A stretch of 30,488 nt of DNA from positions 1 through 30,488 of the forward strand of contig CALGMC010000011.1 of the NCBI GenBank assembly GCA_937959145.1, in the 5' to 3' direction. Of the stretch, positions 1 to 7,842 are shown in pieces. The translations under genes were made by a program, and so were the position numbers. Below the pieces are notes generated by a model. It was not told where the DNA came from, did not search any database, and saw only the letters and a program-made list of their open reading frames with translations. Position 1 is the first letter of the stretch, and every line of letters begins with the position of its first letter. Source of the DNA: an uncultured Chlorobiales bacterium. Lineage in GTDB: Bacteria > Bacteroidota > Chlorobiia > Chlorobiales > Thermochlorobacteraceae.

Positions 1-645
1 GGACCTGAAATCGAGCTCGACGATTACAACTTCACAAAACTCAATTTTCCTGACGACCACCCCGCCCGCGATATGCAAGACACATTCTTCATTCGCAAAG
101 GCGACGGCGAAGACATTGTCCTACGCACGCACACCTCGCCCGTGCAAATTCGTGCCATGCTTGCGCAAAAGCCGCCGCTTCGGCTCATTATGCCCGGCAA
201 GGTTTATCGCAACGAAGCCGTGAGCGCAAGAAGCCTCTGTGTGTTTCATCAACTCGAGGGCTTGTATGTCGATAAAGGCGTGAGTTTCGCCGACCTAAAA
301 GCCACGATTTATTCCTTTGCCAAACAAATGTTCGGAAGCGATGTGAACCTGCGATTCCGACCGAGTTTCTTTCCCTTCACCGAGCCGTCAGCGGAAGTCG
401 ATATCACTTGCTACCTCTGCGGCGGAAAAGGGTGTCGCGTATGCAAGCACACAGGTTGGCTCGAAATTTTGGGGTGCGGAATGGTTCACCCAAACGTGCT
501 GCGAAACTGCGGCATCAATCCTAACGAATATTCGGGCTACGCATGGGGCATGGGCATTGAGCGCACCACACTGCTCCGCTACGGCATTACCGATATTCGC
601 TACCTTTTGGAAAACGACGTGCGAATGCTTGAACAGTTTGAGTAA
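1..645 (+). CDS. pheS: Phenylalanine--tRNA ligase alpha subunit (5'-truncated by the window edge)
   Basis: Frame 1 is open from base 1 ([29 protein letters not shown]). Class II motifs [28 protein letters not shown], CxxCxxxGCxxCK and [17 protein letters not shown] are present. Confidence 0.98.
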   Translation, partial: GPEIELDDYNFTKLNFPDDHPARDMQDTFFIRKGDGEDIVLRTHTSPVQIRAMLAQKPPLRLIMPGKVYRNEAVSARSLCVFHQLEGLYVDKGVSFADLKATIYSFAKQMFGSDVNLRFRPSFFPFTEPSAEVDITCYLCGGKGCRVCKHTGWLEILGCGMVHPNVLRNCGINPNEYSGYAWGMGIERTTLLRYGITDIRYLLENDVRMLEQFE

Positions 646-705
646 AAACTTTTTGCGGAATCAATACGATGATTTAAGTTTCCAACAATAAAAGTAATTC
701 AGGCT

Positions 706-939
706 ATGATAAAGACCCAATTCAAAATCGACAGACCTCTCTACACAAAAAAAGTTACTCCTGAGGAGTTCTTAAAATTGAATGAGGTAGACAAAGAGAA
801 TATCGAGTCGGTAGAGTTTTTGAAGCCAAAGTTGGGTCAGCAAGGCTTCGGAGAAATAATTATCAGATACAAAATACCATTACCGCCGCATAATGTCACA
901 GGAACGAGAATCAAGCGACAAACCATCTCTGCCGCCTGA
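706..939 (+). CDS. Small hypothetical protein (77 aa) in an AT-rich segment
   Basis: ATG-started ORF with a plausible charged composition and a PKLGQQGFG motif. Its 3' end overlaps the next ATG (893). No family recognised. Confidence 0.6.
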   Translation: MIKTQFKIDRPLYTKKVTPEEFLKLNEVDKENIESVEFLKPKLGQQGFGEIIIRYKIPLPPHNVTGTRIKRQTISAA

Positions 940-1311
940 AGTTGCTGAAAAATTTTTAGACATAACCAAAAGCAACTTGAAGTTCAAATAAAGCAAGTTG
1001 AATTACAAGATAAGGCTGATGCGCGGAATTATGAGTATGCAAAAGAACTTCTAAAAACGCAACTTGAAGACAGAAAAGACGACCGTCTGCACGAACAGAA
1101 AAAGATTGTTTATCAGAGTATTCTTGTAGGAACAATCATATTTGGAATTCTTGCTGTTACAACCTACCTCGCAGCGAATGGACAAAAAGAGGTAGCCATT
1201 GAAATCATAAAATATGTTGCCCCGTTAGCGGCAGGCGGTTTAGGCGGATATGGATTGGGATATGCAAAAGGTCAAAAATCTAAAGAATCCCAAAAAGATA
1301 CTTCTCCATAA
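893..1311 (+). pseudogene. Frameshifted coiled-coil plus two-TM membrane protein (about 139 aa if the frame is restored; loosely DUF2335-like)
   Basis: Frame 2 from ATG 893 reads MSQERESSDKPSLPPEVAEKFLD and stops at TAA 989-991. Frame 1 is open 949-1311 with no usable start codon and reads QKQLEVQIKQVELQDKADARNYEYAKELLKTQLEDRKDDR, then IVYQSILVGTIIFGILAVTTYLA and VAIEIIKYVAPLAAGGLGGYGLG. Its TAA (1309-1311) abuts the ATG at 1312. One added base near 947-972 joins the two frames. Confidence 0.7.
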
Positions 1312-1581
1312 ATGACCTTACACGAGTTCATCGCGCAGTTGCTTCGCCAAGTTCCCGACTTGCAAGCCTTTTCAGGAAAAGACTACGACACATTTTACGA
1401 CGAAACCGAGCGCACCTTACACGTCGTTTTTGATAAAAATCGCGACGCCGACCACAGTTACGACTACGAGCCGCTTGATTTCTTAGACGGTGACCTGATG
1501 ATTCACACCGCGCAAGGCGACATCGTTGGATTTTCAATTTTAGAAACAGACATCGGTAAAAGCGCAGACCCTTTACCCTAA
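1312..1581 (+). CDS. Small acidic protein, DUF2283-like
   Basis: The pattern FYDETERTLHVVF...GDLMIHTAQGDIVGFSILE resembles the DUF2283 YD...DxLYI...G.IVGIEI pattern. Recognised by eye only. Confidence 0.5.
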   Translation: MTLHEFIAQLLRQVPDLQAFSGKDYDTFYDETERTLHVVFDKNRDADHSYDYEPLDFLDGDLMIHTAQGDIVGFSILETDIGKSADPLP

Positions 1582-1585
1582 TGCT

Positions 1586-2104
1586 ATGCTACTCGACCTC
1601 TCACGTATCAAAGCAATCGCAAAGGAAAAAGAACGCGAGAACAACGCCTTCGCCAAATTTCTCCGACAATTTCCATCATCAACGCTCGACGCGCTTGTCG
1701 CTTCGCTCAACGACGAGATTGAACCCAATATCGACTGCAAAACGTGCGCAAACTGTTGCAAGAACTTTTACGCCGCCGCCTTTGAGCACGAACTTCCTGC
1801 ACTTGCACGAGCAAGCGGCGTTTCAGTAGAAAATTTCAAAGAAACATTCGTCAAGCCCTACAAAGAAGCCTATTACTTCAACACAAAACCCTGCCCGATG
1901 CTTCGAGAAAATTTGTGCAGTGCCTACGAAGTGCGCCCGCTCTGTTGCCAAACCTTCCCGAACCTCAAAGGCGAGCATTTCAAGTATCGGTTTCAACTGG
2001 TGATGGAAAAGTATGCGATATGTCCAATCGCGTTCAATGTGGTTGAGGCATTGAAGGTGAGATTATCTTTTCAAGAAAAATTTGCACATTCGAGCGTCAA
2101 TTAA
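1586..2104 (+). CDS. YkgJ/UPF0153 family cysteine-cluster protein (putative Zn or Fe-S binding)
   Basis: CKTCANCC, then CPML...CSAYEVRPLCCQTFP, matches the CxxCxxxCC family signature. Confidence 0.85.
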   Translation: MLLDLSRIKAIAKEKERENNAFAKFLRQFPSSTLDALVASLNDEIEPNIDCKTCANCCKNFYAAAFEHELPALARASGVSVENFKETFVKPYKEAYYFNTKPCPMLRENLCSAYEVRPLCCQTFPNLKGEHFKYRFQLVMEKYAICPIAFNVVEALKVRLSFQEKFAHSSVN

Positions 2105-2116
2105 ACTTTTTCAAAA

Positions 2117-2530
2117 ATGAAACAACTCATTGGGCTATTGTTCATTGCGTTTATTGGTTTGTTCGTTTATTTCACCTTCGTCAAAAAAGAAGACATCACC
2201 ACCGAGCGCGTGAAAGAAGAAGCAGGTAAAGCCGTAGAAAAAATCAAAGACCTTGCCTCGCGCAAAGAAGAACTCCTAAAATCCGCCGAAGAGGAATACA
2301 AAAGCGTCGAGCGGCAGCTCGAGGAAATGAAAAAGCGCGCGATAGAGCGAAAAGAGCAAGCCGAAGAACTCAAAAAGAAAATGGAAGAATTGGGTGCCAA
2401 GCGCGAAGAATTAGAGAAGAAAGCCGAAGAGCTAAAGAACGCAAGCGAGGAGAAATTTAACACGCTCAAAAAAGAATTCGACGAAGCCTTGAAGCAACTG
2501 CAAGAGTTGGAACAGGAGTTGAAAAAATAA
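2117..2530 (+). CDS. Membrane-anchored long coiled-coil protein
   Basis: N-terminal hydrophobic helix LIGLLFIAFIGLFVYFTFV followed by about 110 aa of E/K-rich heptads (AEELKKK, AEELKN). Confidence 0.8.
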   Translation: MKQLIGLLFIAFIGLFVYFTFVKKEDITTERVKEEAGKAVEKIKDLASRKEELLKSAEEEYKSVERQLEEMKKRAIERKEQAEELKKKMEELGAKREELEKKAEELKNASEEKFNTLKKEFDEALKQLQELEQELKK

Positions 2531-2577
2531 ATGCGTGCGTTAAATCTTGTGCGAGCGTTTGCTGTGTGAGTCGTCTG

Positions 2578-3483
2578 TTAGCGTTCTTGTTGGAGCATAA
2601 TGATTCCTGTGATGGCAAGTGCGCCGCCCATGACGAGTGTTAGCGAAAAAGGCTCGCCGAAAAATAAGATGCTCACGCTTGCGGCAATCGCGGGTTGCGC
2701 GTTCATAAACACGGAAATTTGCGAAGGAGTAAGTTTTGAGAGCGCAAAACTAATCAAGCCGTAAGCAACTACCGAGCTAAGTAGTGTAACCCAGAGCACG
2801 CCAAACCACGCGCCCGCCGAAATCATCGACCACTCAAACGAGAGCGTCGGCAGAAAGCCTATCGGGAAGAACATCAGCGCGCCGAGCATCATCATCAACG
2901 CTGTGCCTTGAATGGCATCATACCTCACCAAAATTTTCTTGCCGAATGCCAAGTAACTTGCCCAACACCACACCGCCCCAAGCGTGATAAAGTTTCCGAG
3001 CCATGCGTTCTCTGCAAAGTCCAATGTTTTGCCACTTCCGAAAAGTGCCGTTAAGCCGCCCGATATGGCAATCGCAATCGCGAAAAGTTTGCGCCTCGAG
3101 AGCCGTTCCGATTTGCTCACTACCACCGAAATAAGCAATACCCAAAGCGGCGTCATGGCGTAAAGCACCGCGCTACTTGCGGGAGTGGTGAATTTCAAGC
3201 CAAATAGAAAAAGAAATTGCCCCGATGTGATTCCGACAAAAGCAAGCGCGAAAAGTTTTATCCATTCCGAGAAAGTCGGGCGATTGCCATTGAATCCGCC
3301 GCGCGAAAAAAACAGCACGCCAAAAATCAATGCCGAGCCCGTGAGGCGGAGAAAGGCTAAAACGAGCGGATTAAACTCAACAGAGGCAACGCGCGCAAAA
3401 GAAAAACTCGTGCCTGCAATGAAGGTCTGCGCCATCATCGCCCAATGTGCAGGCGTGATGCGAAAAGTCGATTCAATCTGCAT
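2578..3483 (-). CDS. EamA/DMT family permease
   Basis: About 10 TM helices in two EamA repeats. The ATG at 3483 overlaps the upstream TGA (TGATG coupling), so I prefer it to the GTG at 3507. Confidence 0.9.
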   Translation of the reverse strand: MQIESTFRITPAHWAMMAQTFIAGTSFSFARVASVEFNPLVLAFLRLTGSALIFGVLFFSRGGFNGNRPTFSEWIKLFALAFVGITSGQFLFLFGLKFTTPASSAVLYAMTPLWVLLISVVVSKSERLSRRKLFAIAIAISGGLTALFGSGKTLDFAENAWLGNFITLGAVWCWASYLAFGKKILVRYDAIQGTALMMMLGALMFFPIGFLPTLSFEWSMISAGAWFGVLWVTLLSSVVAYGLISFALSKLTPSQISVFMNAQPAIAASVSILFFGEPFSLTLVMGGALAITGIIMLQQER

Positions 3484-4598
3484 CAGCCGTAGACTCTGCC
3501 TTTCCACACGATTTTGCGGTCAAAGAGAAGGGTAATCGGAACGAAGATGATGAGCACGTATTGATAGAGTTCGAAGAAGATAAAGTTCGGAGCAAGGCGC
3601 ATCATACGCAAGCGAATCAGCGGCGTGAGCAGAAAGAGCGCGTCAGCACCAAACTTAACGGCAAGCATCGTCAGCGCGGTTTTTATCGGAAACATCACAA
3701 ACGAGAGAGCAGAAAGAAGATGAGTGCAGAAACCAACAAGAAGCGTAATCCAACTTTTCCAATCTGCCGATGTGCCGCCTAAAATCCATCGCTTTTGTTG
3801 CTTGTAAAGTTCGGCGACCGTTTGCATCGGCTCAGTGATGTTTTGCGTTTCGCGCAGTGCGGGATAGGCGATTTTCCACTTCGTTTTCTTGACGGCTTGA
3901 AAGAGCGCGAAATCTTCGGTTACGCTGAATCGAACTTTGGCGTAGCCGCCCACGTCCAGATATGCACGTTTGCGAAAACTGAAATTGTTACCAATGCCGC
4001 CAATCGGATAGCCAATCGCCGCAACCGCCGAGCCTGTGGAAAGCAAATAGGTCCAATTCAATTCTTGAACTTTCTCGAAGAGACGCGAACTGCGTGGTGT
4101 GGTAATGCCGCACACCAGACCCGTTTCGTCGGTGAAGTATTTGATGGTTTCTTTCGCCCAAGTGGGTTGAACGGCGCAGTCGGCATCGGTCATGAGCACG
4201 AACTCTCCTTTTGAAATCAACACGGCTTGATGAATCGCATTGCCTTTGCCTTTAATTTCGGAGGCTTGAACGGCGTAGTAGCGCACGAAAGCAAATCGGC
4301 GTGCGTAGTCTTGAATAATCTCGGCGGTGCGGTCGGTGCTGTGGTCGTCGGCGATAATGATATCGAGTTTCTCTTTGGGATAATCAAGTTGAACAAGCGA
4401 GTCCAAACATCGAGCGATATTGTTTTCTTCGTTGCGTGCGGCGACGACGATGCTCACCATTGGCAACTCGTCCCACGCTTTTGTCGGAAAGCGTCGATGA
4501 ATACCCACGACCAAGACGAGGGTTTCAATCGCGTAAATGCCAATCATTCCGAGCGCAAGAACTTGCAGAACGGTAATAATCGGTTCAAGGATAGCCAT
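3483..4598 (-). CDS. Membrane-bound GT2 glycosyltransferase
   Basis: IVVAARNEE, DDHSTD, TDADC (DxD), TED and QQKRW (QxxRW) motifs with N- and C-terminal TM segments. The ATG at 4598 sits 1 nt after the upstream stop. Confidence 0.92.
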   Translation of the reverse strand: MAILEPIITVLQVLALGMIGIYAIETLVLVVGIHRRFPTKAWDELPMVSIVVAARNEENNIARCLDSLVQLDYPKEKLDIIIADDHSTDRTAEIIQDYARRFAFVRYYAVQASEIKGKGNAIHQAVLISKGEFVLMTDADCAVQPTWAKETIKYFTDETGLVCGITTPRSSRLFEKVQELNWTYLLSTGSAVAAIGYPIGGIGNNFSFRKRAYLDVGGYAKVRFSVTEDFALFQAVKKTKWKIAYPALRETQNITEPMQTVAELYKQQKRWILGGTSADWKSWITLLVGFCTHLLSALSFVMFPIKTALTMLAVKFGADALFLLTPLIRLRMMRLAPNFIFFELYQYVLIIFVPITLLFDRKIVWKGRVYG

Positions 4599-4599
4599 A

Positions 4600-5232
4600 T
4601 CACAAAAGGTTAAATGAAAAACGCCTTGAAAGTTCACCAAGCGCAATCGGCAAAACAGCGCGCAGTTTTTGGATGGACTTCTCGTTATCGTGCATCACCA
4701 CAATGTCGCCCGCAGTTGCCGAGCGGAGTAAATTCAACACGGCTTCAGCAGAAACGCTTGCATCAAAATCTGCTGTAAGTAGCGACCACATCACGGGCGT
4801 TAAGTTGAGTTCTTTCAATATCCGAAGTGATACAAAGTTAAACCTTCCGTAAGGAAAACGAAACAGCGATTGACGCGCCGTGCAAGAGGCACACAGCGTC
4901 GATAGAAGTTGCTCCGTTCTGATAACTTCATCACGAAAAAAAGTTTCGTGCAAATTTCGCGTGTGCGAGTAAGAGTGATTGCCAATGCGGTGTCCTTGTT
5001 GAACAATGGCTTTGGCGTAGTCGGGATAGCGTTCAATGTGTTTTCCAATCAGGAAAAATGTGGCTTTAACATGGTATCGCGCTAAAATTTCAAGCAGTTC
5101 GGGCGTGTGAGGCGAGGGCGAATCGTCGACGGTGAGGTAGAGCGCGTCATCGGCTTTGCGCCACAAGCATTGCGGGAAGAGCGCATCAATAAATTTTGGA
5201 ACACGCTTTGGGTAAAACATGCCGCGTTGCAT
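4600..5232 (-). CDS. Polysaccharide deacetylase (NodB homology, CE4)
   Basis: All five CE4 motifs are visible: LTVDDSP, HSYSH, RFPYG, WSLLTADF and IVVMHD. Alternative start at 5220. Confidence 0.9.
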   Translation of the reverse strand: MQRGMFYPKRVPKFIDALFPQCLWRKADDALYLTVDDSPSPHTPELLEILARYHVKATFFLIGKHIERYPDYAKAIVQQGHRIGNHSYSHTRNLHETFFRDEVIRTEQLLSTLCASCTARQSLFRFPYGRFNFVSLRILKELNLTPVMWSLLTADFDASVSAEAVLNLLRSATAGDIVVMHDNEKSIQKLRAVLPIALGELSRRFSFNLL

Positions 5233-5691
5233 TTAGGATTTTCCGAGTTGTTTCATCAGCCATCGAATATCACTTTGGTCTTTATCGCGTCCAACTGCAA
5301 GTTTGTTTTTAAGCAAGTCCTCTTTTGAGAGCACAAACACGGGTATGCCATCAATGGTTATCTGAACTTTATTTTGCCAAGCCTCATCAAAGCGCACGCC
5401 GTCAATGCTGGTGAGCAAATCAATTCGATTCGGCGCAACGCCAAGTTGAAGAACAATGTTTTCCTCAAGAAAATCTTTTTCGGTTAGGGGAAGCGGCAAG
5501 GTGAAGCATTCCAACGCCTTAACGATACGCTTTGCGTTTTCAGGTGTTGGGTTTATCCAAAAGTCTATATCACCAGTGGCGCGTGGATAGCCGTGAGCGG
5601 CTAATGAATACGCACCAACAACCAAATACTCAACGTGTGCGGTGCTTAAACACGCGAGAAAATCTCTGATGTCTTGATTCAATCGAGTCAT
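5233..5691 (-). CDS. Pol-beta superfamily nucleotidyltransferase (MenT1/AbiEii/DUF6036-like), candidate toxin
   Basis: VVGAYSLAAHGYPRATGDIDFW (hG[GA]...DxD) and a C-terminal KLAVGRDKDQSD (K..R.KD..D) motif. Confidence 0.8.
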   Translation of the reverse strand: MTRLNQDIRDFLACLSTAHVEYLVVGAYSLAAHGYPRATGDIDFWINPTPENAKRIVKALECFTLPLPLTEKDFLEENIVLQLGVAPNRIDLLTSIDGVRFDEAWQNKVQITIDGIPVFVLSKEDLLKNKLAVGRDKDQSDIRWLMKQLGKS

Positions 5692-5848
5692 CGGGCTGTT
5701 CGGAGTCGGGCATAAATGCCCATGCGTTGCAGGTCAGTTGCCACATCATGCGAAGTGCAAGTTCGGGCGGCAGTGGCGCATCGTGTTCGGAGTCGAGTGT
5801 TTGATTGACTTTTCGGACAACCGTTATTTTCGATTCACGCCTTTCCAT
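5630..5848 (-). CDS. Small helical protein (72 aa) overlapping the NTase, candidate antitoxin
   Basis: ATG-started, with an amphipathic helix PELALRMMWQLTCNAWAF and a basic tail. It lies immediately upstream of the NTase and overlaps it by 62 nt. Confidence 0.65.
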   Translation of the reverse strand: MERRESKITVVRKVNQTLDSEHDAPLPPELALRMMWQLTCNAWAFMPDSEQPDDSIESRHQRFSRVFKHRTR

Positions 5849-6948
5849 TCGTAGCCCTTTCCAAGTTTGAGCAGTTCTGCCAAAAGCGGTGTAAGCGCAA
5901 CATAAAAAATCTGCAACAACTCCGCCACAAAAAAGACGCGCCGCAAGTCTGTGCGTCCGAACTGCTTAGTCATCTGCCAAACGGCGAAGCCATCAACGCT
6001 GAACTTGATGAGAAACGAAGCAAACGCAATGCGCCATAAATCGCCAAGCCATGCCCACACAGGCGTGAGGAAGAGCGCAAGATTGAAGGCATAAATCAAA
6101 GCAAGTGCGAGAAGAAAAAGCAAAGAGACATCGCCGTAAGCCGTGCCTTTTGACGCCCAACGGATTCGCTGTTTGAGAAACGCGCGAAGTGTTGCAACCG
6201 GTAGTGTTTTCACCGTTGTGCGTTCCGACGCCAAGAAATCAACTCGATAACCGGCTCGGAAGATGTTGCGCATAACGGCTTCGTCATCGCCCGATGCCAG
6301 TTTGATTTTGCCGAAACCGCCTGTCTCAAAAAACAACTTGCGGCGATAAGCGATATTTGCACCGTTGCAAATGGCAGGTTTTCCAAGTTTAATGAGCGCG
6401 CCGCCAATAGCAACAAGCGAGAGAAAATCGAGCGATTGAGATTTCGCAAAGAGATTTTTTTCGCCGTGATAAAGAACCGGCATTGAGAGAAACCCAAGCG
6501 ATGAATCCGAAAAGGCTTTGCTAATCTCTTCAATCCAGGTGGGCGGCGCAAGGCAATCGGCATCGGTGCAGGCAATCACATCGCCTTTGGCGGCGGCAAT
6601 GCCTTTGGCGAGCGACGGTTTTTTTCCGATAGGCATATCGTTACGAATCAAAGTCAAACAGCCACTGTTTTGCGCAAGTGCGAGTTGAGCGGTGTCGTCG
6701 TCGGAGGCGTCGTCAATCAGGATAATTTCAAGCGGAGCACATGTTTGCGCGGCAAGGCTTCGTAGGCAAGTGGCGATAAACTGCGCTTCGTTGCGTGCCG
6801 CAATCACAACGGAAACCCTCGGCGGCGGCGACATGCTGACGGTTGGAGTTTGTGCGGAGTCAAGTTTCCGAAATCCGAATAAAATCCAAACAACAAAACT
6901 CACATACACAACGAGCGAGGCGAGGAAGAGAAAGAAGAAAACGCTCAC
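5824..6948 (-). CDS. Membrane-bound GT2 glycosyltransferase
   Basis: VIAARNEA, DDASDD, TDADC, CNGANIAY, SGDD and QRIRW motifs. The GTG start overlaps the upstream TGA (GTGA). Confidence 0.92.
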   Translation of the reverse strand: MSVFFFLFLASLVVYVSFVVWILFGFRKLDSAQTPTVSMSPPPRVSVVIAARNEAQFIATCLRSLAAQTCAPLEIILIDDASDDDTAQLALAQNSGCLTLIRNDMPIGKKPSLAKGIAAAKGDVIACTDADCLAPPTWIEEISKAFSDSSLGFLSMPVLYHGEKNLFAKSQSLDFLSLVAIGGALIKLGKPAICNGANIAYRRKLFFETGGFGKIKLASGDDEAVMRNIFRAGYRVDFLASERTTVKTLPVATLRAFLKQRIRWASKGTAYGDVSLLFLLALALIYAFNLALFLTPVWAWLGDLWRIAFASFLIKFSVDGFAVWQMTKQFGRTDLRRVFFVAELLQIFYVALTPLLAELLKLGKGYEWKGVNRK

Positions 6949-7841
6949 GGCGTTGAAAAGCGAAGTTTAGGAATAACGGCAAGTCCAAACAGGGCGGGCA
7001 CAAGCAAGTTCATTGTAAAAATCAAGAGCGAGGCGGCAACGCCTGCTTCCGCCGAATAGCCAAGTGCAGAAATGAAATATGCCGCCGTCGCTTCGCGCAA
7101 GCCTAAATCGCCGATGAAAAACGGCACAACGGCTTTGGCAAGCCACACCGACGAGACCGCCACAAACGCCTCTTCAAACGGCATCGGTGCATTCCCCAAG
7201 CACGCATTGATGAGCAAGCAAAATTGAACGGTGGAAACCATGTGTCGCAAAAAGCCATAAAGCAAGGCTTTGCGCCACTCGTCCGATGTATAATCCAACA
7301 AGAAATTTAACTTTTCAGGAAACGGAAAGCGCGATTTTGAAACCCAAATCAAACCTACCAACAAAAGCAGTGCGAAAAGAAACAGCCAAAGAAAAACCAG
7401 AGCAAGATTTTGGTGATGTGTCAGATGGAAAAAGTAAGCGAGCGACGCCAAGCCAAAAAGCAAAGTAAAAACGCCGAGAATTTGTCCGTTGATGAAAACG
7501 AGCGTAAGCAAACGTGCACGGGGCACTTCGGCGTGGAAGAACATTTGCGCGGCGTATTTGCCAATGTGAAGCGGCGTGGTAATCGCGCCTGCCGTGCCAA
7601 TCAGCACCGATTGAAGCGAGTCAAACAAACTCGTCTGCGAATCTTGTCGGCTAATCAAGACTTTCCATTTGAGCGATTCCAACAAGAAACTAACAGGCAC
7701 TAATGCAATCGCGCTCCAAGCAAGGGGATAGTCAATTTTGACAAGGGCTTGAAGCACAGCGTCAAGATTGACTTTTGAAAAAAGCACGCCCAAGAGCACC
7801 AGCGAGAGCAGAATTTTCAGCGGCAAGAAGTAGCGTTTCAT
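6945..7841 (-). CDS. Lysylphosphatidylglycerol-synthase TM domain / UPF0104 flippase-like membrane protein
   Basis: Multi-pass protein with KILLSLVLL.VL N-terminus, SLKWKVL, ITTPLHIG and PFFIGDLGLREA motifs typical of UPF0104. Confidence 0.8.
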   Translation of the reverse strand: MKRYFLPLKILLSLVLLGVLFSKVNLDAVLQALVKIDYPLAWSAIALVPVSFLLESLKWKVLISRQDSQTSLFDSLQSVLIGTAGAITTPLHIGKYAAQMFFHAEVPRARLLTLVFINGQILGVFTLLFGLASLAYFFHLTHHQNLALVFLWLFLFALLLLVGLIWVSKSRFPFPEKLNFLLDYTSDEWRKALLYGFLRHMVSTVQFCLLINACLGNAPMPFEEAFVAVSSVWLAKAVVPFFIGDLGLREATAAYFISALGYSAEAGVAASLLIFTMNLLVPALFGLAVIPKLRFSTP

Positions 7842-7842
7842 C

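Noticed and set aside
646-705. pheT missing after pheS
   Set aside because: Split pheS/pheT is, to my knowledge, common in Bacteroidota/Chlorobiota, so this is not evidence of disruption.
937-948. In-frame TGA-AGT-TGC-TGA between ORF 706-939 and the open frame 949-1311, suggesting selenocysteine or readthrough fusion
   Set aside because: It needs two readthrough events and I see no SECIS-like hairpin. TGA is a normal stop elsewhere in the window, and the frame-2 ATG at 893 gives a more natural N-terminus.
1581-1829. 82-aa ORF starting at a TAATG overlap after the DUF2283-like gene
   Set aside because: It is an alternate-frame shadow of the YkgJ gene, which has clear family motifs.
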